DNA of 64,000 nt. Source: Hemiscyllium ocellatum. Lineage: Eukaryota. The stretch lies in contig NC_083424.1 in NCBI RefSeq assembly GCF_020745735.1, positions 49,586,999 through 49,650,998 on the forward strand. The letters are read 5' to 3'. Below are positions 49,857 to 62,611 of the stretch, piece by piece. A model generated the notes under the pieces. That model saw only the letters and a program-made list of their open reading frames with translations, was not told where the DNA came from and did not search any database. The translations under genes and the position numbers were made by a program. Numbering within the stretch: the stretch's first letter is position 1; each line of letters opens with the position of its first letter.

Positions 49857-52800
49857 TGAGGCTGAGAGCTGTGGAGAGGTAAATTAGATGGGGTGTGGCT
49901 GGGGGAAGGTAGCTGGGAGGTGGACGGAGGTGGGGGTGATGGGTGATAGCCGGGCAGGTCATGAGGGCTGTGCTGAGATGGAAGGTTGGAACTGGGGTAA
50001 GGTGGAGTGAGGGGAAATGAGGAAATTGGTGAAGTCCACATTGATGCCCTGGAGTTGAAGGGTCCCGAGGCCGAATGTAAGCCATTCTTCCTCCAGGCTT
50101 GGGTGATGAGAGAGTGGCGATGAAGGAGGCGCAGGACCTGCGTGTCCTTGGCACCGTGGGAGGGGGAGTTGAAATGTTCGGCCACAGGGTGGTGTGATTG
50201 ATTGATGCAGGAGTCCCGGCGATGTTTCCTAAAGCGTTCTGCACGAAGGTGTCCAGTCACCCAGTGTAGAGGAGACTGCATCGAGAGCAACGGATACAAT
50301 TAATGACATGTCTGGAAGTGCAGCTGAAATTGTCCCATCTGTTAATCTTCCTTCCCACGTGTTCGCTCCACCCCCACCTCCGTCCGCCAATTGCACACCC
50401 AACTACCTTCTCCACAGCCCCAACCCTCTTCCATTTATCTCTCCATTCCTGAGGCTCCCCGCCTCATTCCTGATGGCGGGCTCCGGCCCAAAGCGTCGAT
50501 TTTCATGCTCTTTGCATGCTTCCTCACCCTCTGTGCTTTTCCAGTAACACACTCAAACTCTGATCTCCAGCATCTGCAGACCCCAATGTCTCCCTGCCAG
50601 TCTGGATGACCATTTACCGAAATGTTTTTTTTTAGACTCCTGGATTCACTTCCTAGCTTCGAACGAAAAGACAGCAAAAACAACAAACTTCATCCTGTCA
50701 CCCACAAAAGACCATCAGACAACCATGCTGTCCAGGCCGAGTGCTTGGTCTGCTCAGTGGAAAGCTACAGCTCAGTCAAAGAGCATTCAACAGATATTCT
50801 GCGCCATTGAACCTCCAGAGTAAAAAAGAACGAAGATTAAAATCTTGATGACTGCACATCTTGATCTTTACTGCTTTTCATAGGATCACTCCTGCTATTA
50901 AATCAAAAACAAACTGAATGATTCCCTCTGCTGGGGGAACTTTACAGATAACAATTAATAACAAGGCTAGCATTTTGTTTAAGACGGATCAATTTTAATA
51001 AATGAGGCGCCATCCACAGGAACGTTTAAACTGTCAAATTTAAAGTATGGAGTCATAGAATCATACAGTACAGAAGATACCAACTGAGCCATCGACTCTC
51101 TGCACCTCATTTGGATTGTGAAGAAAACAAAATTCATAAACAAACCCTGTCAAAATGCCATAGTCATTCAGTGGCTCTGATGGGGCACATTGGTTCAATC
51201 ATTTAAAATAAGAAAAAGATTCACATTGCGTGAATAAATTACGTATAGATTAAGTGGCAGATCACATGAATTACTAGGAATGTGCTTTCCTGGGACATGT
51301 AAAAACAATGACTGCAGATTCTGGAAACCAGATTATGGATTAGTGGTGCTGGAAGAGCACAGCAGTTCAGGCAGCATCCGAGGAGCAGTAAAATCGACGT
51401 TTCGAGCAAAAGCCCTTCATCAGGAATACAGGCAGAGAGCCTGAAGGGTGGAGAGATAAGTGAGAGGAGGGGAGGGTGGGGAGAAAGTAGCACAGAGTAC
51501 AATAGGTGAGTGGAGAAGAAGATGAAGGTGATTGGTCGGGGAGGTAGGGTGGACTGGATAGGTGGAAAAGAAGATAGGCAGGTCATAGTCATTGAGTCAT
51601 AGAGATGTACAGCATGGAAACTGACTCTTCGGTCCATCCCGTCCATGCCGACCAGATATCCCAACCCAATCTAGTCCCACCTGCCAGTTCCCGGCCCATA
51701 TCCCTCCAAACCCTTCCTATTCATATACCCATCCAAATGCCTCCTAAATGTTGCAATTGTACCAGCCTCCACCACATCCTCTGGCAGCTCATTCCATACA
51801 CGTACCACCCTCTGCGTGAAAAGGTTGCCCTTAGGGCTCTTTTATATCTTTCCCCTCTCACCCTAAACCTATGCCCTCTAGTTCTGGACTCCCCTATTTG
51901 CCTATTTATCCTATCCATTCCCCTCATAATTTTGTAAACCTCTATAAGGTCACCTCTCAGCCTCCGACACTCCAGGAAAAACAGCCCCTGTCTGTTCAGC
52001 CTCTCCCTGTAGCTCAGATGCTCCAACCCTGGCAACATCCTTTTAAATCATTTCTGAAACCTTTCAAGTTTCACAAGTCAGCACAAGTCATGGGGACAGT
52101 GCTGAGCTGGAAGTTTGGAACTGGGGTGAGGTGGAGGTGGGGGACATGAGTAGCTTCAGTGCAGAGGAAATGACCTGGGAGTTGCCGTGGGAGAGGGACT
52201 CCCTGAGATTCTTGTAGAGAGAGGAGGAAAGCTTCTTCAAGGCAGCCATCCTTGCAAGAGGATTCGCAGTAGGGTTAAAATTAACGAGGTAAAAACAATG
52301 ACTGCAGATGCTGGAACAGTTAAAATTTCCAAGTAAATGACAAACTTTGTTTCGGTCGTGCGTCAGGAAAGAGTGAGGGTAGTTAAATGCAAATTTATGT
52401 GCTCAAGTTGATACTTGCTTGATGGTGAAATACATTTAACAAAGTTAAAATTCCACAATACCAGGTTACAGTCCAACAGGTTTATTTGGAAGCACTAGCT
52501 TTCGGAGTGCGGCTCCTTTATCAGGTGATTGAAGGAGCAACACTCCAAAAGCTGGTGCTTCCAAATAAACCTGTTGGACGATAACCTGACGTTGTGTGAT
52601 TTTTAGCTTTGTACACCTCAGTTCAACACCAGCAACTTAAAATCATGACTACATTTAACAATGATGTTTTATCATTTCAAGGATGTAGGCATGTAAGGAC
52701 CCACATAATTTTTTTTCCCTGTTTGCTCTATATAACGGAATTGAAGTCAGTCTCCTTTGCAACTGAATAACCTGAAGTATCAAGTGTTTTTATTTTGGCA

Positions 52801-53976
52801 GTACCATGTTGTTCTTGAAGCAGCGAGATTCTTATCTGACTGAGACCCTGCAACACCAGAGGTTTTGATTATAAAGTGTAACTACCTGATCACATTGCTT
52901 GGATTGGTCAAGCTGCAGGTTGCTCCAGATTGGTTGGACCAGCGCAGCATGAACTATCCAGAGTGAAGAAGCAGAAAACAGAGTGGACAATAAAAGAAAG
53001 TCAACGAAACAATTCTAACATTAAGAAAAATCGACATGCAACTGATCAAATTGAACACAACTTCCGTACAGACAACCGTTTAGCATCATTGCAACAATCA
53101 AAAGATCTATGACAGAGAACCTAGCACACTCTTGTTAAGTGAAGTTTTGATGTTCAGAATTTTGTTTTCCCTGACTATGTATTTTCACACATAACGTTTG
53201 CCATGGTCAAGCCATGGTCTTTTGTCCGCCTTATTTGTGAATATGCCTGTACGTGAGCCTGAGTTTAGGGATTTAAATTGATATAATTACATTATTTTTG
53301 TCCTATCATCGATTAAACAATGTTTCTGCTGTGCAAGTAAGATGTGAAATGTTTCGTCATGAATAATACTCAGTAAGCAAATTGCTTGATTTAATGGTTT
53401 GAAGGGTTGAAATTAGGATTAATCCTAACCCAATCCTTTCTCTCAGGTTTTGAAATAGTGAAGCTCGATTATCGGCATTTGATTAATTTTAGTCCCAACT
53501 GGATCATGGCAAGCAGAACTGTGTACAATATTCTAAGCACGCCTTTACCGATGATTTTTAAAATGGCAAGAGTATCCCATTATTTCTTGCCCAATATTTT
53601 TCCACTAATTTATAGTAAATTCGCGTTTGCGTTCACGGACAATAAGTGATATTGATATCGAATCCAGTTATTGTCGAATAGATGGCCGTTCATTCTCTGC
53701 ACAACGTTTATTCGTTAGTAATTAATAGCCCGTTTTTCGATTGTTTATCCGATTTTCAATTTACCAATGTACATTTCATCTGCACTCAAATCATACATTG
53801 GATTGTTCTGTTTGGCTTTGGAATTTGTCATTTGGCGTTTAGATGCAATGTTATAGCCATTTTGCACGGTAAAGCTCCGGAAGTCTTAAAGCACTGAAAT
53901 CAAAACCGATTTGACTCATTTTGACAGAAATGAAAGACGCTGAAATGAACGCTGCCTTTGATGTTCGATCAATTGT

Positions 53977-54055
53977 TTTATTGAACTGTTAAGGTGGGAT
54001 AGATTCATAATGCTTCAATACTTAAGACACAATCACATTGTTCCTGTCTTTTATT
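53977..54055 (-). terminator. Two AATAAA poly(A) signals of cluster 4
   Basis: tttatt at 54050-54055 and 53977-53982. Confidence 0.7.
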
Positions 54056-54266
54056 CAGATGTATGCATGTAAGCTAATAATCATTGGCATTTCAGTTAAC
54101 ACGGCACGTTTGTAAAAACCAGTTACTTTTACATCCGGAAGTTTCCCCCGCGATGAGCATTTTTTCAATTAACCGGAATACAAATAATTTCTACCGTATT
54201 GTTACATGGGAGGTCTGAACAGGAATAAACAATCTTTCTCAATTGAGACAAGTACAGTTTCCGAAA

Positions 54267-54589
54267 TCACATACAGCTCGATCTCGAGATACTTGTCTGA
54301 AACGGAGTTGCCTGAGTCTCATGGTTAACCCCACAGGAGTAACGCTCGTGTGAGTTCCACTCCGAGGCTGACAGGGTCAGATAGCTGCTCACACTGAACG
54401 TGTTGTCCGTCTCCTGCTGGATCCGACTGGTCTCCACACCGTTCCCCTTGACACTGCCATCTACCGTCCACTCAATCTCCACAGTGCCCGGGTTAAACCC
54501 GCTCACCAAACACACCAGGGTCGCCGTGTTCTTTTCCGTGATTTGAACCGATGAAGGCGGAAGGAGGGATACCGATGGTTCCCGCGGAC
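54267..54589 (-). CDS. IGLC: Ig light-chain constant exon, cluster 4
   Basis: 323-nt open exon; 3 substitutions relative to cluster 2 (W/R, L/V, K/N). Confidence 0.95.
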
Positions 54590-56053
54590 CTGTTTAAAAT
54601 AAATTAGGTTCATGTGAGTTAAAGGACTGCATTTTTCAAACAGGAGATTTATTCTAAGATAATGCAATTTAAATTATGTCAATCACGGAATGTAATGAAT
54701 AGTTCACTTAATTTTGCATGCATTTAAATGTACAATTTAATCCAAGAAGGACTGAATAGGAGAGACCGCTTTGTTTGCGTCTAACGAAATCATGTTGATC
54801 TTTAATGGCAGGCTGGAGCGTGGCAATGGATCTGACGAAGTCGAGAGAGAAGCTACGTTTGTGTCATTTTGTAACTGTATCCCTTGAAAAACAGAAGGAA
54901 CACCATAGTATAGCTGCTGATAACACTTCATACAGTTGCCATGGCTCTACAATGAGATACCAAGGTGCCCGCCACGTTTAGAAATGCGATTGATAATTTG
55001 AAAAGTTAACATATGTTAAAGTTGTGTTGATTCGTTAACGTGAAGAAATTGTAATCAGTTTTATTACAAGTGGATCGATCAATTATTACTAACGTAAAAT
55101 AGTTGATTAACAGTTCACTCTCATCTCGTCTTGATAGCCAGTGACATTTCCATCACAGTATAACTCCACTATCGATATTTGATGGTTATCATTGCCCGAA
55201 AACAGAAGTATTCCAGCCATGTACTTAAGATGGCGACAAGAGCAGGGCAATGGGAGAATAACGCAATTCCTGATTCCCCAAAACTGATCGGTCATTTAAA
55301 TGCAGTTTCCAACACACTCTCCACACTCGACATTACCCCATACAAAGCAGTCCATTCGACTGGCACCCCATCCTCTCCATGAAACATGTGCAAGATGCAC
55401 TGCAGCAACTCACCAAGGCTCTGACAAATATACCTTCCAAATTCTAAAACTCTACTAACTGGAACGATATGGAAAGCAGGTGTATGGGGATACCACCACC
55501 TGCAAATTCTCAAAAGCATATCCCACCCTGTAATGGAACTATATTGCCGCTACTTCACTGGAGCTGTATTTAACACCAGGCATGCCCTCCCTTTACATCA
55601 GCTCTACCCCCTCCACAGCGTACACGTGCTGTGAAAGAATGGGGCGCATAAGAAGTCATAACAGACTTATCATCAGAAAAGTGTAAACAGGCTGCGCTGT
55701 TTAAACATTAGTGATTGTTTTACTCTGTCACAAATGCCAAAATCTCACCAATGCGTGCCCGTGCTGCTTGAATGGGAGATTTATGCAGCTGCATCTCATC
55801 GAGCAAGGATTACCTCGCAGAGATACTGTGAGAAGCCATGTCTATTATTTCAGTCAATTAAATATTCCCAATTACATTAATGCTGCATAGATTTGTTTCG
55901 GATTCGGACTTCTCTGATCACTGACATCGAAATCACCAGCCGCTGAGATCAGGAACAATCGGGGAAAGAACAGGAAATCTCTGTCGGTAGTGCACATTCT
56001 CATTGGAAATCACACAACACCAGGTGTGATTACAACAGGTTTAATTGGGAGCA

Positions 56054-56088
56054 CACAAGCTTTCAGAGCGACGCTCCGTCATCAGGTG
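56054..56088 (-). ncRNA. Minimal hammerhead-like motif, J-C intron of cluster 4
   Basis: Same sequence as 25421-25455. Confidence 0.5.
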
Positions 56089-57373
56089 ATTGTCGCTCCG
56101 AAAGCTAGTGTGTTTCCAATTAAACCTATTGGACTATAACCTGGTTTTGTGTGATTTTTAACTGTGTACATCCCAGTCCAAAACCGGCATCTCCAAATCA
56201 TTCTCATTGGACTATTTAACGATATCAAGAATCCAAGGACAATATAACGAGATGGTCGTGCATCTGACTTCATGCTCATTTTCCGTTTAACAAGACGCTA
56301 CTAGTTCAGAGTTTCACCAGGTTTTGTTGATTGCAATTAAGGCCAGCGAATGCGCCGCTAATTTCATTGCAATTCGCATCCGCATCTTCAGGGAAGCAGT
56401 CGTGCCTTATTTGTTGGTCGCTTTGAGAATTGAGTTTTCCATTTGGTCCGCCAATTAGACAACACGTAACAAACGGCGGGAGTGTGGCGCTGGAAAAGCA
56501 AAGCCGCTCAGGCAGCATCTGAGGAGAAGGAGAATCGACGTTTGGGGCATAAGCCTTTCATCAGGAATGATGAGGGGCTTACACCCGAAACGTCGATTCT
56601 CCAGCTGGCCTCATTCCTGATGAAGGTCTTTTGCAGAAGCACACTCTCGACTCCTATCTACAACACCTGCAGTCCACGCTTTGTCGATCAATTCAAGCAG
56701 TTGGCGTTGGACACCATCATTTACTTATGGAAATCATTACTATATAGTTTAGTATTAAAGGATCTGGATACGAAATAATTTAAGGCAACCACGCCACAGC
56801 CCGAGGGTCCATTTCTTGTGTCCGCCGACGAGAATCGCGGAACAGAAAAAAAGTGCCCTAAATATTTCACTAAAAATAGCAAAGGATCCTGGAGATCTGA
56901 AACAAAAACAGAAATTCCTGGAGAAACGTAGCAGGTCTGGCATCATCTTTGGAGAGAAAGCAAAGTTAACGTTTGTCGTCCAGTTCTAATGAAGGGTCAC
57001 CGAACTGGAAACGTCAACTCTGCTTTCTCCCCTCACACGCTACTAGACCTGCTGGGAGTTTCTCTAGCAATTTCTGCTTTTTTGTTTCTTAAACACTTTC
57101 CCGTCCACTGGCACAGAGACGATGGCGCCAATTGTTCTTCTGGCCGCTGTAAAGCCGCTCAGCACAGAACAAACAGCAGAAAGCCTTATATACCTGCAAG
57201 ATTCAGTTCTTAACCAGTCAATGTGCAGCTCCACATAATTTGGAAAGAATTTATATTCCCTTGTGAACAGAATTGTAGCAGAACTGTAGCAGATTAAAAA
57301 GTAGACATTCATAGTATTTTGCTCTTAAACGGAATCAACTTTTGAACTCTACGGGAAAAGGGGTTTTACTCAC

Positions 57374-57721
57374 TGCCAACACTCAGCTTGGTGCCTGTGC
57401 CGAAGTAGTAGATGTAGTTATTCCACATGGCATAGTAATAGTCCGCGGCGTCTCCCGATTCAACTCTGCTGATACTTAACGTTCCTGTGTTGCCGGAGAC
57501 AGAGCCCGAAAACCGGTCTGGAACACCTGAGGCTCTGTTCGTGCTGCTGCCAGCGTAGTGATAAAGCAGATACCGATGAGCACTTCCAGATTTCTGCTGA
57601 TACCAACTAATGGCGGTGCTTCCTAAGGAGGCGCCCGACAAGGTGCATGTAATCTGGACGGTCCCTCCGAGGGAAGTCGATTTTGAAGGCGGTTGGTTTA
57701 CTGTAATCTCTGCGCTCGACA
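57374..57721 (-). pseudogene. IGLV: Germline-joined VJ exon, cluster 4: open frame but second conserved Cys changed to Tyr
   Basis: DYYYAMW instead of DYYCAMW (plus strand catagt vs cacagt near 57433); otherwise identical to the cluster 2 VJ exon. Confidence 0.75.
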
Positions 57722-57862
57722 CTGGAGGAAAAAAATATCAAAAATCTTACTGCTGTGTACTTTGATCAAAGCCTGAATGTATTGAATATATACACATTTG
57801 AATGAGCACCCCAATCTTCGCAAAATTGATTTCACAATGAATTTAAATGTGTGAACACCCAC

Positions 57863-57911
57863 CTGCAACGCAAAAACAGAAAGCAACAGTAACATGTGCC
57901 CAGTCAAACAT
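57863..57911 (-). CDS. IgL leader exon, cluster 4 (MFDWAHVTVAFCFCVA+G)
   Basis: 49 nt, ATG at 57911, donor GTGGGT at 57857-57862. Confidence 0.88.
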
Positions 57912-57986
57912 GGTGAAAGGTTTAACCAGGCTGAGATGCAGTGAGAGCTGTTTAACCAGATGTACTCAGTACCTGAAAGGTTCACT

Positions 57987-58039
57987 CTTTTAATAAGATC
58001 GGACACCAAGAAGGTGTTGCCCTTTGCTGTTATGCAAAT
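57987..58039 (-). promoter_or_regulatory. IgL promoter, cluster 4: octamer (58032-58039) and TATA-like box
   Basis: Same motifs and spacing as the other clusters. Confidence 0.85.
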
Positions 58040-61000
58040 TAATATTTTCATTTCACCCAATCAGTCTCTGAAACCCAAAGACAATCTCAGAATCCCTTCA
58101 ACATGCATCAAATACAAGAAAGGTTATAGAAAAGCAAGATGCAGCGGCAGCGGAAATCCCAAGATTAAACAGAAAATATTTAATGCAGGAAATATCGTGG
58201 AGCGAGCAAATGGTTCCACATTTCATTTCGTCACAATTGTATAGAAGCTAAAATCAACTTGCTAACAGCCTTACCACTCTCCCGGCGTGTGCTCCGTGCA
58301 TTCTACATTGCTAAATTGGACTTGAATCTTCGAAACAAGCAACAATAAAAGATGTCAGAAACAGACTTAACGTTTCTAGTCCAGAGATTTCTTCAGTTCC
58401 GAAGAATGTAAAACGATATCTCTGTTATTTTTCTCCACAGGTGTTGTCAGACCTGCTGTGCTTCTCCAGTGCTATCTGATTTTTTTATGATTTCCAGCAT
58501 CCGCAGCATTCTGTGTTTATATAAAAGATACCATTTAGCTCCTGAAGTGTGCACCACCTCTTTGACACATCCACCCAACACCCAAATGTCGCAGTGTTCA
58601 GGGAAAAGTGATGGGGTCCAGTCCGCTCAGTGTTGGCTCCGGCTCCATAAACGGGACAATTAGTCACTGGGAAGGACAGTTATACTCAAACACAAATACT
58701 TCCTGAACTAGTATCTCCAGAATTTTCCGTTACTTCTCTGAATTTCAACATCCTCTGCATTTTGATTTTGTAATACTTGCGTTTTTTAACACCTTAGTTG
58801 CAGTTACTGTCCGTTGGAGAAAATTTGTAATTTTGTTTAGGTTTCAAAGACTGATTGGTTGAGTTGAAAACATCCATTAATGTTAATGTTAACACTGAGA
58901 TCCATATATATTGTTAAGGAAATGTATTAAAGGTTACAGGCCAAAGTCAGGAATATGGCGCAGGCCCACATATCAAGCATATCACATTAAATTGCGGAAC
59001 AGGGTCGAGTGCCTGAATGGTCTACTCCTGTCCCTATGTTCCATAGTTTCTCCATTGGTCAGTCATGACACCAAGACAGGCTGTGAAAAGAAATCAGACG
59101 AATAGGTGACAGATGGGGTTGAAGAACTGGCGCCAAATTCCGATAAAGTTGAATAATCCAAATGCGGGCGTTTTGTGCAACTCACGTGATTTCCACGGCA
59201 GGTTGAATTATTAATGAAATTCCAATCATGTCTCACACAGCAAGGACGGTGAGAACGAACTTTTGGTGAGAACGATTGGCGAGTTAATACGCGGTCAGTA
59301 ACGCAGCAGATGGAGGATTCATGGTCCATGGATCCAAAAGGAGCCTGTGAATAAGTATGCAATTACATTGCATTTACTAACTCTGCTGTCGCTTCTTCAT
59401 CAAAGCATGCGATGATTACTGTTGCCTCCCTCTTGCTGAATTTAACATCTGTCATCGCAAATACTTGAACGTTTTTTAAGTTGGGGATAAAACTTTGTTC
59501 AACTTCACTTTGCAAGTTTGACAAAAAACTGCGAAACTTTTCTTCAGTTACTGATGAAATAACGCACCAGGAAGAGGTTGCCTCTTTCTTTCCACAGGAA
59601 ACTGCAAGGCCTGTTGAATGTTTGCAGCATGTTTTTATTCCGAAGGTTAAATTAGTTGAAACTAAGATTCAAGTACTTTGCAGTCTTATCTCTTCATGTT
59701 TATTCAAGGTATATTGTTGTAAATAGTTGTAAAAGTGTATAAAGCCACTTCCTTCTGAAAGAAAATAATGTAACAAGTAAAATGTGCTTTTTCCCCACAG
59801 TTTTCAGTAATTAAGTGAAATTTCAGGAAATTTCAGTTTTAAGTCATTTGCATTATTGGAAGGATTTTCATTTGATAGCATGACACAATTTCTTATCTAA
59901 AACATGTTCTGAGATTTCAAATTGTGATTTATACGGGATGTTCATTCCCTCACTTACTACGTCAAAACTTGAGCATTGATTTATTTGCCTCCTATACTAG
60001 CGTCACTTAACCTTCGGTCAAGTGTTCACAGAAGGACGATCTTATACCTCTGTTGGTTCTTCCTTTATCATCAAGATTTGATGCGATAACCCAGGTAAAG
60101 CTGTTGCAGCACACTACAACGACCTTAGCTCCGCGCTCAAGGGGATGCTTGAGGACATTCTCAAAATAGCTCAAACACCTCAAAAGGCTTTTCACTATCA
60201 TAGCGAATCTTGCAACAGTCGGCTCGATGAATACATGGGCCTGGTACAGTATTAAATTCTCCTGTTTCGTTTTCTTAGTTCCAAAACGTTCAGTAGGGCC
60301 TAAAGTTTCTCGTAAATTTTGCAGCCCTTTTCTCGGCGGCCCTCCCTATATATGCTGTGCAAGCCTGGGGTGGACAAAGCTAAAAAACATACAACGCCAG
60401 GCTATATCCAACAGGTTTATTTGGAAGCACTAGCTTTCGGAGTGTTGCTACCTGATGAATAAGCAGCGCTCGGAAAACTGGTGCTACCAAATAAATCTGT
60501 TGGACTATAACCTGATGTTGCGTGATTTTTAACTTTGTCTTCCCTAAATATGAGTAGATTGTATATAAATTGTTTTGGCCTGATTCGGCACTGGGTCTTC
60601 AGTGATTTGTACAACGCATCAATGGCGTTATTCGATTGAAAATAATAACGTATCCACTTTTGCAGATAATACAAATCCAAACGTGAATGCAGAAAGCTTG
60701 GAGGCAGAGGGCACAAACAGGCTGAAAATACATAAAGAGGGTTTAACTGAATCCTAATAAGCTCAATGTGGACAAATATGAAGCAGTCACTTGTCAAAAT
60801 TAATAACAAAGCAGAATATTTATAACCTATATGAAAATTCGAAATGTTAATGCCATAAAGTTTTCAGTGTACTAATATGGGGCATACAGAAGAAATCTAC
60901 AAGGAGGAAGTGAGGTCTGGAGATGCTGGAGATCAGAGCTGAAAATGTGTTGCTGGAAAAGCGCAGCAGCTCAGGCAGCATCCAAGGAACAGGAGATTTG

Positions 61001-62611
61001 ACGTTTCGGGCATGAGCCCTTCTTCAGGAATGGAGAAAGGCTTATGCCCGAAATGTCGAATGTCCTGTTCCTTGGATGCTGCCTGACCTGTTGCGCTTTT
61101 CCAGCAACACATTTTCAGCTCATACAGAAATAATTACCAGCAAACAATTTGCAACGCAAGTGGTTTGGAGAGTAAGAAAAAGTCACTCTCGCTCTAATTG
61201 CATGAGAGTAGTCTATGGGTGTGGGAGAAGCTGGTCGGGTGATACATTGCATGGCTTGGGCTTCATATTTATAGAAGGATATCATTGCGTTGCAGCTGCT
61301 ACAGGGAAGGGTCATGTGATAATTTTCTGGAGACACAGGGTCGGCCTAAGTTGTGAGGCTGAGAACATTGCGTCCATATTTTCAGGAGATCTGTGCAAAT
61401 TCTGAAGGGCCTTGAGCTGCTAAACACTGAAAATGCGAAGTCTGGTATCTTTCAACCAGAAATCGGACATCAAAGTCTCAACTCAAAGTGAAACAAATGA
61501 CTTTATTTTGTCATCAACACCTTTTTGAAAAACAATGAAGACTAAACTACTGTAAAACATTTGCAAAGCCGCTGATTTGTCGTATTTTGAAATATTAAAC
61601 CTTTACCACTTCTTTGATTATTTGCATGTTGCTATACAATTGTTGCACAATTAACAATGACTGCAATTTATGTGGAACAGAGCCAATAAGCATGATCTGA
61701 ACTCGCAATTAACTATGAATAAAGAGGCAATCGGAAGGTAGAGGGGGACATCATTCTGCTGCCAGTGCCCGTGGGCTGTTACCACAATGAGGGCGGGTGA
61801 GCAGATGTGAGGTATGTAAAGGTCTGAAGTCTATTTACATCTTTCTCGCATCCATGACCTGTTCTCTCCTGCTCCCGCAGGTCATGCTCAGCAGCAGATA
61901 ATCCGACGCAGGGTTGCTGCGGGACTAAATTGCAACCGCTGTCACTTCGGCGACTCTCTCATGCACATGAACGCATTCTAAACTTGCTGGCAGAGTAGAC
62001 ATAAGCACTTGTGTCTATCGAGGCTGAATGCAAGATTCGGATTAAAGACGGCCTGCGATCAGTTTCCAACCCCAAAACATTTAACTCTTTTTGGAACAAA
62101 TTAGGCTTTCCCCAAAGCATCTGTTACTTTCTGCAATAGGTTATCACTGTCTCATTCGTAAAACGTGTGCAACTGCGGCTCTAACTTCTTGACATGCATC
62201 TGACGTGACCTATGTGTTGATGAATAACGTGAAACGTGTACTTCCAAATTTGCAGGGGTATCGCTGTCTGTTGTTGCGAGCGACAGACAAAGGGAGCGCC
62301 CCCTGCTGCTCCCTTTCATGATGTCTCGTTTCCTCCTTCAAAACACTTCCATATGACATTGTGGAAAACCCACGGTTCTGTTGCAGGAACAACATTTCAT
62401 TGTAGACACTAAGCAGCTGTCACTGCTGAATTACTGCCGTCACTAATTGATATCCCCATTGATCCCGTGGACTGCTCAGAGAATTGCATTTATAATTATT
62501 AGATATAACTAATTTTCTTGTTGATTCGTAATTCCCTCTTTCAGTTCGTGACATCTTCCTTGTACTTAGAGCCATACATCACGGAAACAGACCTTTCGGC
62601 TGAAAAAGTCC

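Larger units (their letters stand above)
38890..53860 (-). repeat. Tandem unit 3 (type A)
   Basis: 14,971 bp; shares the longer J-C intron and the A-type CDRs with unit 1. Confidence 0.9.
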
